From assembly GCA_049799515.1 (NCBI GenBank), contig JBARIA010000119.1, positions 18,613-82,612 on the forward strand: 64,000 nucleotides of DNA. The letters are read 5' to 3'. Position 1 is the stretch's first letter. The number at the start of each line of letters is the position of its first letter. The stretch comes from Candidatus Dormiibacterota bacterium. Lineage in GTDB: Bacteria; Chloroflexota; Dormibacteria; Aeolococcales; Bog-877. Positions 19,259-28,666 of the stretch are shown one piece after another. The notes beneath the pieces are model-generated. The model ran no database searches. It was not told where the DNA came from and was given only the letters and a program-made list of their open reading frames with translations. Position numbers and translations under genes: made by a program.

Positions 19259-19936
19259 ATGGCGGAGCTGACCGTGGTCTGCGGAGCCAGCGGGGGCCTG
19301 GGTCCAGCGGTAGCCAGCCGGCTGGCCCAGCGGGGAGACCAGGTGATCGCGGTCGCCTCTCCACGAGAGACGCGAGAGCAGCTGGAGCGGGCGGTCCCCG
19401 GGGTTGCCTGGGAGCAGGCGGACCTCACCGACCGAGAGCAGACCGAGCAACTCTGGAGCCGGATCGACGGCCTGGAGGGGAAGGTGCGCTGGCTGGTCAA
19501 CATCACCGGCGGGTACCGCGCCAGCCGGGCGCTGGAGACCAGCGAGGACGACTACCGCTTTCTCCTGCGTCTCAACCTCGACAGCTGCTGGTGGTCCTGC
19601 CAGGAGGGTGTCCGCCGGATGGTGACCGGAGGAGGCGGGGGGATCGTCAACATCTCTGCCCGGCAGGCGCTGGAGGGGGGCGTCGGCTCCGCCGCCTACG
19701 CTGTCTCCAAGGCGGCGGTGCTGCGGCTAAGTCAGGTGTTGGCCGCTGAGCTCAAACCCGAGCGGGTGCGGGTCAACGTCCTGCTGCCGACCTTGATCGA
19801 TACCCCGGCCAATCGACTTGAGCGCAGCGCCGAGGCCATGCGTAATGCGGTTTCCCCGGAAGCGGTGGCCCGGGTCATCGGCTGGCTCTGCAGTGAGGAG
19901 TCGGGGGCCATCACCGGGGCATCCCTCACCGTCTGA
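19259..19936 (+). CDS. Short-chain dehydrogenase/reductase (SDR)
   Basis: Start moved to ATG 19259 (MAELTVVCGASGGLGPAVA, Rossmann TGxxxGxG-like). Catalytic YxxxK is present (AAYAVSKAA). Confidence 0.8.
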   Translation: MAELTVVCGASGGLGPAVASRLAQRGDQVIAVASPRETREQLERAVPGVAWEQADLTDREQTEQLWSRIDGLEGKVRWLVNITGGYRASRALETSEDDYRFLLRLNLDSCWWSCQEGVRRMVTGGGGGIVNISARQALEGGVGSAAYAVSKAAVLRLSQVLAAELKPERVRVNVLLPTLIDTPANRLERSAEAMRNAVSPEAVARVIGWLCSEESGAITGASLTV

Positions 19937-19963
19937 CGGGTCGCCAGGCGCGCACGGATCGGA

Positions 19964-21109
19964 TCACCCGCCCATCGATCTGATCAACTCCACCACCTCG
20001 GTGGCCAGCCACCACTGAGCCGGTCGACCGGGACCATGCCGGGCGAGGTCGGTCGGGACCAGGATCCCCACCTCGGCCAGCAGCCGCAAGGCAGAGCGAG
20101 CCGCCCGCTCGGAGATGCCCAGCCGCTGCGCCACCAACGAGGACGAGAGGAGCGGCAGGCCGGGAAGGAGGCGCAGCAGGCGGTGGGACGCCGCATCGGC
20201 TCTGGTGTCGGAGAGCCGGAGCGCCAATCGCTCCAGCAGCCGGGCGACCTGATCGACCAGTTCAACCATCGCCAGACTGGAGCGAGCCACGATTTCGGCG
20301 AACCAGGCCACCCACTGATCGATCCGGCCCGCTCGATAGACGGTTAGACCCGCCAGGTAGCCACCCCGATCTCGCGCCATGAAGACGCTGACCGGCGATG
20401 GCACTTCGACCCCGAGCCGGCGGGCCAGCAGCCAGCCGACCAGAACCCGGCCGATCCTGCCGTTGCCGTCGGCGTACGGGTGAATGGTCTCGAACTGGGC
20501 GTGAGCGACCGCCGCCTGGGTGATTGGGTCGACGTCCTGGCGGTTGACGTAGGCAACCAGGTCGCCCATTAGCCCCGGGATCATCTCGGGCGGGGGAGGC
20601 ACGTACGCCGCCATCAGGGGGGTTGGTCCGCCGACCCAACCGAGAGCTCCCCGAAAATCCCCGACCCAGGCTGCCGGAAGGCGCTCATCGTGGCGCATCA
20701 GCCGCCGGTGCCAATCGTGCAGCAGCTGAATCGAGAGCGGCTCCGCCTGGGCTGCGCCGAGCGCTTCGGCGACCACCCCCAGGTTGTCGGCAACCCAAGT
20801 GGCAGCTCCGCCTTCGGGCCGTCCGAGCTCCGCTGCGGCGACCTCTTCGAGGGGGGCCCGCAGCCCTTCGATCTCTGAGGATGCCACCCCTTCAGCGCGG
20901 AGAAGAAGGCGGGCGAGGGGTTCCCAATCCGCTGGCAGTCGCTGCCCTGCCCGGAGCACCTCAGCCGCAGCTCGCTCGGTGAGGCGCGCCGTGGTCACCG
21001 ACAACTCTTTCCCTGCCAGAGCCAGAGGCGCCGGGACCCAGGCCCTGACGTCGCGACCGTTCCAGCGAACCGTCGTTCCGTACCCCAAGCCTTCCGAATC
21101 TCGGCCCAT
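19964..21109 (-). CDS. Fic family protein (AMPylase-type Fic domain plus C-terminal winged-helix)
   Basis: Canonical Fic motif HPYADGNGRIGR. An N-terminal SSEIEG matches the [ST]xxxE[GN] auto-inhibitory helix motif. Confidence 0.85.
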   Translation of the reverse strand: MGRDSEGLGYGTTVRWNGRDVRAWVPAPLALAGKELSVTTARLTERAAAEVLRAGQRLPADWEPLARLLLRAEGVASSEIEGLRAPLEEVAAAELGRPEGGAATWVADNLGVVAEALGAAQAEPLSIQLLHDWHRRLMRHDERLPAAWVGDFRGALGWVGGPTPLMAAYVPPPPEMIPGLMGDLVAYVNRQDVDPITQAAVAHAQFETIHPYADGNGRIGRVLVGWLLARRLGVEVPSPVSVFMARDRGGYLAGLTVYRAGRIDQWVAWFAEIVARSSLAMVELVDQVARLLERLALRLSDTRADAASHRLLRLLPGLPLLSSSLVAQRLGISERAARSALRLLAEVGILVPTDLARHGPGRPAQWWLATEVVELIRSMGG

Positions 21110-21146
21110 ATCGGAAGGATAGACTCTTAGCCTACCGTAATAGCGA

Positions 21147-21635
21147 TCAGGAGCCTGGGCCGGATAGCTCCGCTCTGGTCAGATGAAGCAGGAAGAGTTC
21201 CCTTGCGGCCAGCGGGCGCAGCTTCATCAGGAGATCACCGCTCCCGATCTCAAGCTTGAAGTCGCTGCAACCGATCTCCTGATTCGCCTCGGCATTCTCG
21301 GGCATTCCCTGCCGATGGCTGAAGCTGAGCTTGACCGAGGTGGTGCTCAGGTCGCAGCTGACCGGCCCGGGCGGTGGGACGGCTCCTAGTCGATTGACCA
21401 GCTTGATCAGGGATGTGAGCTGGGGTCCGGTGCTAAGCGTCAGCGATCTCCTACCGACGGCCGGGGCTAGGCTATTCAGGGAGATCGTGGCGGAATGATC
21501 TGAACTGGGCACCAAGGTCGGGTTGTTCAGGGAGGACAGCCCACCACAGCCGGTCAGCGTGAGCGCGACCACCAGGTCCAGCCCGACGACCATCGCCAGG
21601 CGCCACCGGAAAGCTGCCAGACCCATCTCGAACAC
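21147..21635 (-). CDS. Putative lipoprotein, unknown function
   Basis: Signal peptide ending in the lipobox LTLTGC. 162 aa, located 38 nt upstream of the Fic gene on the same strand. Confidence 0.6.
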   Translation of the reverse strand: MFEMGLAAFRWRLAMVVGLDLVVALTLTGCGGLSSLNNPTLVPSSDHSATISLNSLAPAVGRRSLTLSTGPQLTSLIKLVNRLGAVPPPGPVSCDLSTTSVKLSFSHRQGMPENAEANQEIGCSDFKLEIGSGDLLMKLRPLAARELFLLHLTRAELSGPGS

Positions 21636-21796
21636 TATGACGAGCCCGAGGCTTGGCCCGGGCGGCGGAATGATCTCCCGGTCGTCCTCGGCAACCTCCG
21701 CACTGACCGGTGTACTGAGGGTGGAGGGAAGTCAGGTTCGGCCCACCCTCGGCAACATCCGCACTGACCGGGTCGCTCCTCCCAGAGGACAGACCG

Positions 21797-22405
21797 CTAG
21801 TCCGGCTGAGCAATCCCGAGAACGTCACGGAGCACCGAAACCAGCTCTGCCTTCAGCCTGTCGGGGGCTTCCGACCCCAGGGCCCGGGCGGTACCCACAG
21901 CGGCAGCCATCACCGCCCCCAGGGCGGCGGCGACCCGAACCCGGTCACGGAGCGAGATCTCCGGATTCGCCGCGAACGCCGCCCACTGCTGCACCAGCTT
22001 CTGGTGTTCCGCCTGGTGCTCAGGATCATGGCCGCCGAGGCCCTCGATGGCGGTGCGATTCCGCTCCATCAGAAGGAAGATCTTGCGGTTGGACAGCACC
22101 TCGTCGAGGATCACGTCGAAGGCCTGCAGGGCCGCCTCGAAGTCGACGGGACCATCGAGCAGGGGTAGAACGTCGAGCCCGTGGTGCCCGATTCCGTGAG
22201 CCCGCTCCACCAGCGAGGAGAGGATCTCCTCCTTGCTGTGGAAGTAGTAATAGAGCGCCGCTTTGGTTACTCCGACCCGCTCGGACACCTCTCGCAGCGA
22301 GGTCTTGTCGAAACCCTGCTCCGTGAAGAGGTCGAGGGCAGCCTCCAGGATCCGGCCCCGGGTCGAGGAGTCTGCCGGGTCGTCGGTGTGATTCACTTTA
22401 GGCAT
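21797..22405 (-). CDS. TetR family transcriptional regulator
   Basis: N-terminal HTH GRILEAALDLFTEQGFDKTSLREVSERVGVTKAALYYYFHSKEE. Confidence 0.85.
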   Translation of the reverse strand: MPKVNHTDDPADSSTRGRILEAALDLFTEQGFDKTSLREVSERVGVTKAALYYYFHSKEEILSSLVERAHGIGHHGLDVLPLLDGPVDFEAALQAFDVILDEVLSNRKIFLLMERNRTAIEGLGGHDPEHQAEHQKLVQQWAAFAANPEISLRDRVRVAAALGAVMAAAVGTARALGSEAPDRLKAELVSVLRDVLGIAQPD

Positions 22406-22423
22406 TCTACTTGACGGCCGGTA

Positions 22424-22438
22424 GGTAGACCGTCTACC
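22424..22438. promoter_or_regulatory. Perfect 15-bp palindrome GGTAGACCGTCTACC, candidate TetR operator
   Basis: Lies in the 75-bp divergent spacer between the TetR gene and the ABC exporter. A related GGTAGTTTACC follows at 22446-22456, and TTGACG sits at 22411-22416. Confidence 0.5.
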
Positions 22439-22480
22439 GTCCTCTGGTAGTTTACCGGCCGGATGGTAAGGAGATCAAGG

Positions 22481-23449
22481 GTGGGTGAAAGGCCTCCGAT
22501 CCTCGTCGAGGGGCTGGTGAAGCTCTACGGCAATACCAGAGCAGTCGATGGCCTGGACCTGGTCGTTGAGAAGGGCAGCGTGGTGGCGGTGCTGGGACCC
22601 AACGGGGCCGGTAAGACTACCCTGATCCGAATCCTGGCGACTCTAGCCAAGCCCACTGCTGGGCGAGCTTTGGTGGCGGGCATCGATGTGGCCCAGCACC
22701 CTGCCCAGGTCCGGCGCCACATCGGCATCGCCGGCCAGTCGTCCAGCATTGATGAGTACCTGACCGGGCGCCAGAACCTGGTGATGGTGGGCGAACTCAG
22801 CCGGCTCGCCCGAGGAGAGGCCAAGCGGCGGGCGGCCGAGCTGCTCGAGCGCTTCGAGCTGGGCGAGGCGGCCGACCGGACGACCAAGACTTACTCCGGG
22901 GGCATGCGTCGCAAGCTGGACCTGGCGGCCAGCCTGATCACCCAGCCCGAGGTGCTCTTCCTGGACGAGCCAACCACCGGTCTCGACCCCCGGGCGAGGA
23001 TGGGCATGTGGCAGCTGATCCGTGAGCTGGGAGACGCCGGCACCACGCTCTTGCTGACCACCCAATACCTGGACGAGGCCGATCAGCTGGCCCACGACAT
23101 CGCCGTGGTCGACCAGGGAAAGGTGATCGCCTGGGGCACGCCGGACCAACTGAAGACCCAGGTGGGCGGCGCGGTTTTGGAGGTGACCCTTCCCGCGAGC
23201 GCCGACGCCGAGGCCGCCGGGCAGCTGCTGCGTGAAGCGACCGCGGCCGTGGTGACCGTCGACCAACGCCGGCACCGGCTGACGCTGCCGGCCACTGCCG
23301 AGGCCGGTCTGGTGACCAGGGTGATCCGGGCGCTGGACGCCGGAGGAGCTGTGGTCGACGACATCACCGTCCGGCGCCCCGCGCTCGATGACGTGTTCAT
23401 GACCCTCACCGGTCACAAAGCCGAAGCCGACAGCGAGGAAGCGGCGTGA
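22481..23449 (+). CDS. ABC transporter ATP-binding protein, DrrA-like (ABC-2 exporter ATPase)
   Basis: The ORF track starts at 22463. I prefer GTG 22481, with AAGGAG 7 nt upstream. Motifs are GPNGAGKTT, YSGGMRRKLDLA and LFLDEPTTGLD. Confidence 0.85.
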   Translation: MGERPPILVEGLVKLYGNTRAVDGLDLVVEKGSVVAVLGPNGAGKTTLIRILATLAKPTAGRALVAGIDVAQHPAQVRRHIGIAGQSSSIDEYLTGRQNLVMVGELSRLARGEAKRRAAELLERFELGEAADRTTKTYSGGMRRKLDLAASLITQPEVLFLDEPTTGLDPRARMGMWQLIRELGDAGTTLLLTTQYLDEADQLAHDIAVVDQGKVIAWGTPDQLKTQVGGAVLEVTLPASADAEAAGQLLREATAAVVTVDQRRHRLTLPATAEAGLVTRVIRALDAGGAVVDDITVRRPALDDVFMTLTGHKAEADSEEAA

Positions 23450-24300
23450 GCGTGGTGCCAGCTGTGGAGATTCATCGTGGCGCCGGGGAAGCCGGACTCT
23501 CGCGCATCCTCTGGTTTCTGAAAGACGTACTGGTGCTGACCCGACGCAGCCTGGTGCATGTGGTCAGAGATCCGGCCCAGCTGGCCGACGTGACCATCCA
23601 GCCGATCATGTTCGTGGTGCTCTTCACCTACGTATTTGGCAGCGCGATCAAGCTACCGGGTGGAGGCAATTACCACGAGTACGTGGTTGCGGGAATCTTC
23701 GCGATCACCATGGCCGGTGCGGCGCCGGGCGTCGCCGTGGGGCTGGCCACCGACATCCAGTCAGGCATCATCGACCGCTTCCGTTCCCTGCCGATGTCGC
23801 GGGCGGCGGTGCTCGCCGGGCGGCTCACCGCGGACCTGATGACCGCGGTTCTGGGCCTGATTGTGGTTGTCGCGGTGGGTCTCCTGGTCGGATGGCGGGT
23901 ACACACCAGCGCGCCTGATGTGCTGGCTGGTTTTGCTCTAGCTCTCCTGTTCAACTACGCGATGAGCTGGGCCGGCGCGTCGGCCGGGATGTGGTTGCAC
24001 AACCCCGAGTCGGCACAGGCTATGGCGTTCGTGGTCTTCTTCCCAATGATCTTCGTTTCCAACGCGTTCGTCGCCCTGCAGAACATGCCGGTCTGGTTGC
24101 GGGTGGTGGCCGAGTGGAACCCGGTCAGCACCGTCACCGCCAGCTGTCGCGAGCTATTTGGCAATCCCAACCCGTCCGCGTCGGTACAGGTGTGGCCGCT
24201 GCAGCATCCCGAACTGGCGACCGCGGTCTGGGCGGCGGCTTTGCTTCTGATCTTCGTGCCGCTCTCGATCAGGCTCTACCGGCGCGAGGATTTGAGCTGA
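23446..24300 (+). CDS. ABC-2 type transporter permease, DrrB-like
   Basis: 284-aa six-TM-like ORF. Its start overlaps the ATPase stop by 4 nt. Confidence 0.8.
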   Translation: MSVVPAVEIHRGAGEAGLSRILWFLKDVLVLTRRSLVHVVRDPAQLADVTIQPIMFVVLFTYVFGSAIKLPGGGNYHEYVVAGIFAITMAGAAPGVAVGLATDIQSGIIDRFRSLPMSRAAVLAGRLTADLMTAVLGLIVVVAVGLLVGWRVHTSAPDVLAGFALALLFNYAMSWAGASAGMWLHNPESAQAMAFVVFFPMIFVSNAFVALQNMPVWLRVVAEWNPVSTVTASCRELFGNPNPSASVQVWPLQHPELATAVWAAALLLIFVPLSIRLYRREDLS

Positions 24301-24352
24301 TCCAACCTAACCCTGGACCCGGGCCGGCAGGCGCTAGGCGACGGTGCAGAGC

Positions 24353-25087
24353 CTAAGCCGGTGAGCGGGGCTCGATCGGCAGACCGGAAAGCGGCAGCTT
24401 TTGCTCTCCCTGGGCATCGAAGTTGGATGGCTCCAACCACTTCTCGAGACGCGACTTCCGGGCCGGCCATTCACCGTCGAGGATCGAGAACCAAGCGGTG
24501 TCGCGGCTCCGGCCCTTGATCACCATGTGCTGGCGGAAGATGCCCTCGAAGGTGAAACCGAGCCGCAGCGCAGCCCGGCGCGAGGGCCCATTGAGCGAGT
24601 CGCACTTCCACTCGTAGCGACGGTACCCAAGGTCCTCGAAGACGTGGCGAGCAAGCAGATACATGGCCTCGGTCGCGCCCCGGCTGCGCTGCAGTGAGGG
24701 TGTGAAGAGGATGTAACCCACCTCCACGCTGCGGTGCTGCGGCTTGATGCGCATCAGCGAGGCCCAGCCGAGGGCGCGCTTGCTGTCGCCGTCAAGGATC
24801 GCGAAAAACAGAGGGCTGTCCGAGCTGCAGAGGATCTTCAGATTGGCGTCGAAGGCAGCGCGGTCAGCGAAAGGGCCGTCTGGCAGATATCTCCAGAGAC
24901 GGTCATTGGCCGGGTCAAGGACCGCCTCCCAGAGCGCGGCTCCGTGCTTGGCCGAGTCCAGCGGGGCGAGTTCCACGTAGCGACCGCGCACGGTCACCCC
25001 TCTGGGAAGTGGGGCGGGAGTGGGATCAACTCGAGGGCCCACCGGTAAACCGGTATCAGGATCGTGGTCGGGAGTCTGCGCAGACAC
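24353..25087 (-). CDS. GNAT family N-acetyltransferase (RimJ/RimL-like)
   Basis: 244 aa with LGYRRYEWKCDSLNGPSRRAALRLGFTFEGIFRQHMV, typical of the Acetyltransf_3-type GNATs. Confidence 0.75.
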   Translation of the reverse strand: MSAQTPDHDPDTGLPVGPRVDPTPAPLPRGVTVRGRYVELAPLDSAKHGAALWEAVLDPANDRLWRYLPDGPFADRAAFDANLKILCSSDSPLFFAILDGDSKRALGWASLMRIKPQHRSVEVGYILFTPSLQRSRGATEAMYLLARHVFEDLGYRRYEWKCDSLNGPSRRAALRLGFTFEGIFRQHMVIKGRSRDTAWFSILDGEWPARKSRLEKWLEPSNFDAQGEQKLPLSGLPIEPRSPA

Positions 25088-25269
25088 CGTCCCGAGACCT
25101 CCAAGGCGCGGCTTTAGCTCAACTGGAGGGCGGCCCCAGCCGACGCCAGGTTAGCTAAAAGGCCCGCGGATACCGTGGAATCCGACCGGCCGCCGCTCCC
25201 AGGATCCTCCCCCTCCCGGAGCGTCAGGCGGGAATCTTAGCAGCGGAGGGCGGGCTGAGGGCGAATAAC

Positions 25270-25881
25270 TCAGGGCTGGAGCCGTTCCACCTGCCAACCG
25301 GCAGCCGCGCGGCGGTAGCGGATTCGGTCGTGGAGACGGTTCTCCCGGTGCTGCCAGAACTCGTAGCTGAGTGGAGTGATCCGGTACCCACCCCACCAGC
25401 CGGGACGGAGAACCGCCTGACCTGCTAGCGATAGCGCAAGCTCGCCAACTCGCCGATCCAGCCCTTCCCGACTTTCCACCGTCTGGCTCTGGGCCGACGC
25501 AAGCGCGCCCAGCTGACTAGGCCTGGGGCGACTGGCAAAGTATCGGTCCGAGTCCGATTCGCTGATCTGCTCCACAGGCCCTTCGATGCGCAGCTGACGT
25601 CCCAGCAGGGGCCAGTAGAAGAGCAGCGCCGCCCAGGGGTTGGCCGCCAGCTCGCCGCCCTTGCGACTCTGGTGGTTGCTGTAGAAGACGAAGCCCTGCT
25701 CATCCCAGCCCTTGATCAGCACCATTCGCACCGAAGGACGGCCCGCGGCATCGGCGGTGGCCAGCGCCGCGGCTTCGGCTAAGGGAATGTCCGTGACCGC
25801 CTGGTCGAACCATCGCTGGAACTGAGTCAGCGGCTGCGCATCGATGTCCTGCTCGCGCAGCTCCGGGAACTTCTCGGTCAA
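25270..25881 (-). CDS. pdxH: Pyridoxamine 5'-phosphate oxidase
   Basis: 203 aa with RMVLIKGWDEQGFVFYSNHQSRKG, ALLFYWPLLGRQLRIEG, YFASRP, EFWQHRENRLHDRIRY and a C-terminal ...WQVERLQP. Confidence 0.9.
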   Translation of the reverse strand: MTEKFPELREQDIDAQPLTQFQRWFDQAVTDIPLAEAAALATADAAGRPSVRMVLIKGWDEQGFVFYSNHQSRKGGELAANPWAALLFYWPLLGRQLRIEGPVEQISESDSDRYFASRPRPSQLGALASAQSQTVESREGLDRRVGELALSLAGQAVLRPGWWGGYRITPLSYEFWQHRENRLHDRIRYRRAAAGWQVERLQP

Positions 25882-25955
25882 GGTTCAGCTCCCCTCGTTC
25901 AGATCTGGTGATAACCACTCTAGAGGCTGCCGGCCTAGATCGGGTCAGGCCAGTT

Positions 25956-27008
25956 TCAGCCGAGGTATCCCTGGGCCACCAGCAGTTCCGCGTTGAGGAG
26001 CGCCGCGCCGGCCGCCCCCCGAATCGCGTTGTGAACGACCAGGGTGAACTTCCAGTCGAGCACTGGGCAGGGGCGGAGGTGGCCCACGCTCACCGCCATC
26101 CCCAGTTCCGCATCTCGATCCAGCCGTGGTTGAGGGCGGTCGTCGCCATCCAGCACCAGGACCGGGTGGGGTGGAGCGCTGGGCAGCTGCAGCCGCTGCG
26201 GCTCGGAAGTGAAGTTGGCGAACGCCTGGCGCAGCTCTTTGGCGGTCGCGGAGTTGCCCAGCCTGATCGAGACGGCCTCGGTGTGCCCGTCGGCAACCGC
26301 GACTCGGTTGCACTGGGCGCTGACCCGGATTTTGGCCGGGATGAACCGCTCGCCCTCCAGACCGCCCAGGATCTTCAAGGACTCGGTCTGGATCTTCTCC
26401 TCTTCATCAGAGACGTAGGGGATGACGTTGTCCAGGATGGTCATGGCCGGGACCCCATTGATTCCGGCGCCCGAGAGTGCTTGCATGGTCACTACCGAGA
26501 CCTCTGCCAAGCCGAAGGCGTCCTGAAGGGGCTTGAGGGCCAGGGTCAGCCCGATCGCCGAGCAATTGGGGTTGGTCGCTATGAACCCGGTTGTGTAGCG
26601 GTGGAGCGCCCGCTGGTGCGTGAGAATCGCAGCGTGCTGCCAGTTCACCTCGGGGATCAAGAGCGGGACGTCCCCGTCCATGCGGTGATTGCGGGCATTG
26701 CTGATGACCGGGTAGCCGGCGGCGGCCAGCGAGGCCTCAGCCTCGCCTGCCACCTTGGCGTCCAGGGCGGACAGCACCAGGTCGCACTCCAGGTCGGCGG
26801 TGAGGGGCCGCACCACCATCCTGGCGGCCTCCTCGGGAATCGCGGTGCCCAGTCGCCAAGAAACCGCTTCCCGGTAGGGCCGGCCGACCGAGCGTTCGGA
26901 GGCTACCAGCTCGGTCAAGCTGAACCACGGGTGGCCCTCTAACAGCTGGACCAGACGCTGGCCCACGGCTCCGGTCGCTCCCAGCACGCCGACGCGATAT
27001 CTCTTCAT
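25956..27008 (-). CDS. asd: Aspartate-semialdehyde dehydrogenase
   Basis: 350 aa. N-terminal VGVLGATGAVGQRLVQLL, active-site region ATNPNCSAIGLTLALKPL, and VVTMQALSGAG. Confidence 0.9.
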   Translation of the reverse strand: MKRYRVGVLGATGAVGQRLVQLLEGHPWFSLTELVASERSVGRPYREAVSWRLGTAIPEEAARMVVRPLTADLECDLVLSALDAKVAGEAEASLAAAGYPVISNARNHRMDGDVPLLIPEVNWQHAAILTHQRALHRYTTGFIATNPNCSAIGLTLALKPLQDAFGLAEVSVVTMQALSGAGINGVPAMTILDNVIPYVSDEEEKIQTESLKILGGLEGERFIPAKIRVSAQCNRVAVADGHTEAVSIRLGNSATAKELRQAFANFTSEPQRLQLPSAPPHPVLVLDGDDRPQPRLDRDAELGMAVSVGHLRPCPVLDWKFTLVVHNAIRGAAGAALLNAELLVAQGYLG

Positions 27009-27399
27009 CTGCAGGGGAGTTTGCCAGGGCAGAGGCGGATTGCTCTCGCCCCGGACCCGACCGGGTGGCGGACGCAGTTCGTTTTCGTTAGAGTTGCGCC
27101 ATGGCTATTGCTTCGGCGGCTGGCGGCTGGCATCAGGGCGCCCTGAGCGCGCTTGGTTGCCGAACCCTCAGCTCTCGGGGCGGCTCCTGCTCCGGTGACG
27201 ACCCAGGCCTGATTGGCCGCGGACCCGCTTGGTCTCCTGTTCCAGGAAGCCGAATGCGTCAGCGCGCCACGGGGGATCCACGAACTAAGTCCTAGCGCCT
27301 TCGAGTGCTAGCTCCCCCGGATCGACCCCCAGGGCACCTTGCCAAACGCTCTGGACCACCTCGGGCGATCCACCTAACTGATACTCAAAGGAGCAAGCC

Positions 27400-28641
27400 G
27401 TGTCGGAACTATTTCAATTGCGCTGCGAGCAGTGCGGGCGTCATTTCGGAAACGGTCCCCTGGTGCTCTGCGAAGACTGCTTCGCTCCGCTGGAAGTGTC
27501 CTTCGACCTACCGGAGGTGCGCTCGGCGGTGAGCCGGGGCTCGATTGAACGCCGCTCCCAGGACATCTGGCGCTACCGAGAATTCCTCCCGGTCGCGGAG
27601 GGCTTCCAGTCGGACCTTCCTGTCGGCTTCACCCCCCTGCTCCGGGCCCCCCGACTAGGGGCCAGCGTCGGAAGCCAGGACCTCTGGCTCAAGGACGACG
27701 CGGCCTGCTTTCCGACCCTCTCCTTCAAGGATCGGGTGGTGGCGGTGGCGCTGGCCCAGGCCCGGGCTTTCGGCTTTGAGGTGGTCGGCTGCGCCTCGAC
27801 CGGAAATCTGGCCAATGCGGTGGCCGCCCAGGCCGCCCGGCTGGGGTTGGAGGCGGTGATCTTCATCCCCGCCGACCTGGAGGCAGTCAAGGTGCTCGGC
27901 ACCTCGGTCTACGGGGCCACGGTGATCCGCGTGGACGGCAACTACGACCAGGTCAACCGCCTCTGCGCCGAGATTGCCGAGCTCCACCCCTGGGGCTTCG
28001 TCAACGTCAACCTCCGGCCCTACTACGCCGAGGGTTCCAAGACGGTGGGGTTCGAGATCGCCGAGCAGCTGGGCTGGCGGCTCCCCGACAACGTGGTGGT
28101 GCCGATGGCCGGGGGGGCCCAGATCACCAAGATCGCCAAGTCCTTCGCGGAGCTGGTCGCCACCGGTCTGGTGGAGGCCCACCCGGTCCGGGTGTTCGGT
28201 GCCCAGGCCCTGGGCTGCTCGCCGATTGCCAGCGCAGTCTCCGGGGGCCAGACCGAGATCACCCCGCAGCTTCCCGACACCATCTGCCGGTCGCTGGCCA
28301 TCGGCAACCCGGCAGACGGCTACCGGGCCATGGAGGTGATTCGGACCAGCGGCGGCTGGGCGGAGTCGGCCACCGACCCCGAGATCGTGGCCGGGATGAG
28401 GCTGCTGGCTGAGACGGAAGGGGTCTTCGGGGAGACGGCGGGCGGAGTGACCGTCGCGGTTGTCGGTCAGCTGGTCAGAGATGGGCGGATCCAGAGCGGC
28501 GAAACAACCGTGCTGTGCGTCACCGGGAACGGACTCAAGACCACCGACGCGCTGGTCGGCGAACTGCCGGAGATCCCGGTGCTGGCGCCCAAACTCGATG
28601 TCTTCGAGGAGCAGTTCGGGGCGGTGAGGGTGGGCGATTGA
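27400..28641 (+). CDS. Threonine synthase-like PLP enzyme with N-terminal Cys4 zinc-ribbon (paralog 1)
   Basis: GTG start with AAGGAG upstream. It has CEQCG...CEDC, the PLP-lysine context PTLSFKDRVVAVAL, and ASTGNLANAVAA. 413 aa. Confidence 0.8.
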   Translation: MSELFQLRCEQCGRHFGNGPLVLCEDCFAPLEVSFDLPEVRSAVSRGSIERRSQDIWRYREFLPVAEGFQSDLPVGFTPLLRAPRLGASVGSQDLWLKDDAACFPTLSFKDRVVAVALAQARAFGFEVVGCASTGNLANAVAAQAARLGLEAVIFIPADLEAVKVLGTSVYGATVIRVDGNYDQVNRLCAEIAELHPWGFVNVNLRPYYAEGSKTVGFEIAEQLGWRLPDNVVVPMAGGAQITKIAKSFAELVATGLVEAHPVRVFGAQALGCSPIASAVSGGQTEITPQLPDTICRSLAIGNPADGYRAMEVIRTSGGWAESATDPEIVAGMRLLAETEGVFGETAGGVTVAVVGQLVRDGRIQSGETTVLCVTGNGLKTTDALVGELPEIPVLAPKLDVFEEQFGAVRVGD

Positions 28642-28666
28642 AGCTGGCCGGAAGAGAGCAGCGGCC

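Noticed and set aside
25908-26942. 344-aa plus-strand ORF opposite asd
   Set aside because: It is a shadow ORF. The minus strand encodes a full-length aspartate-semialdehyde dehydrogenase with its catalytic Cys region.
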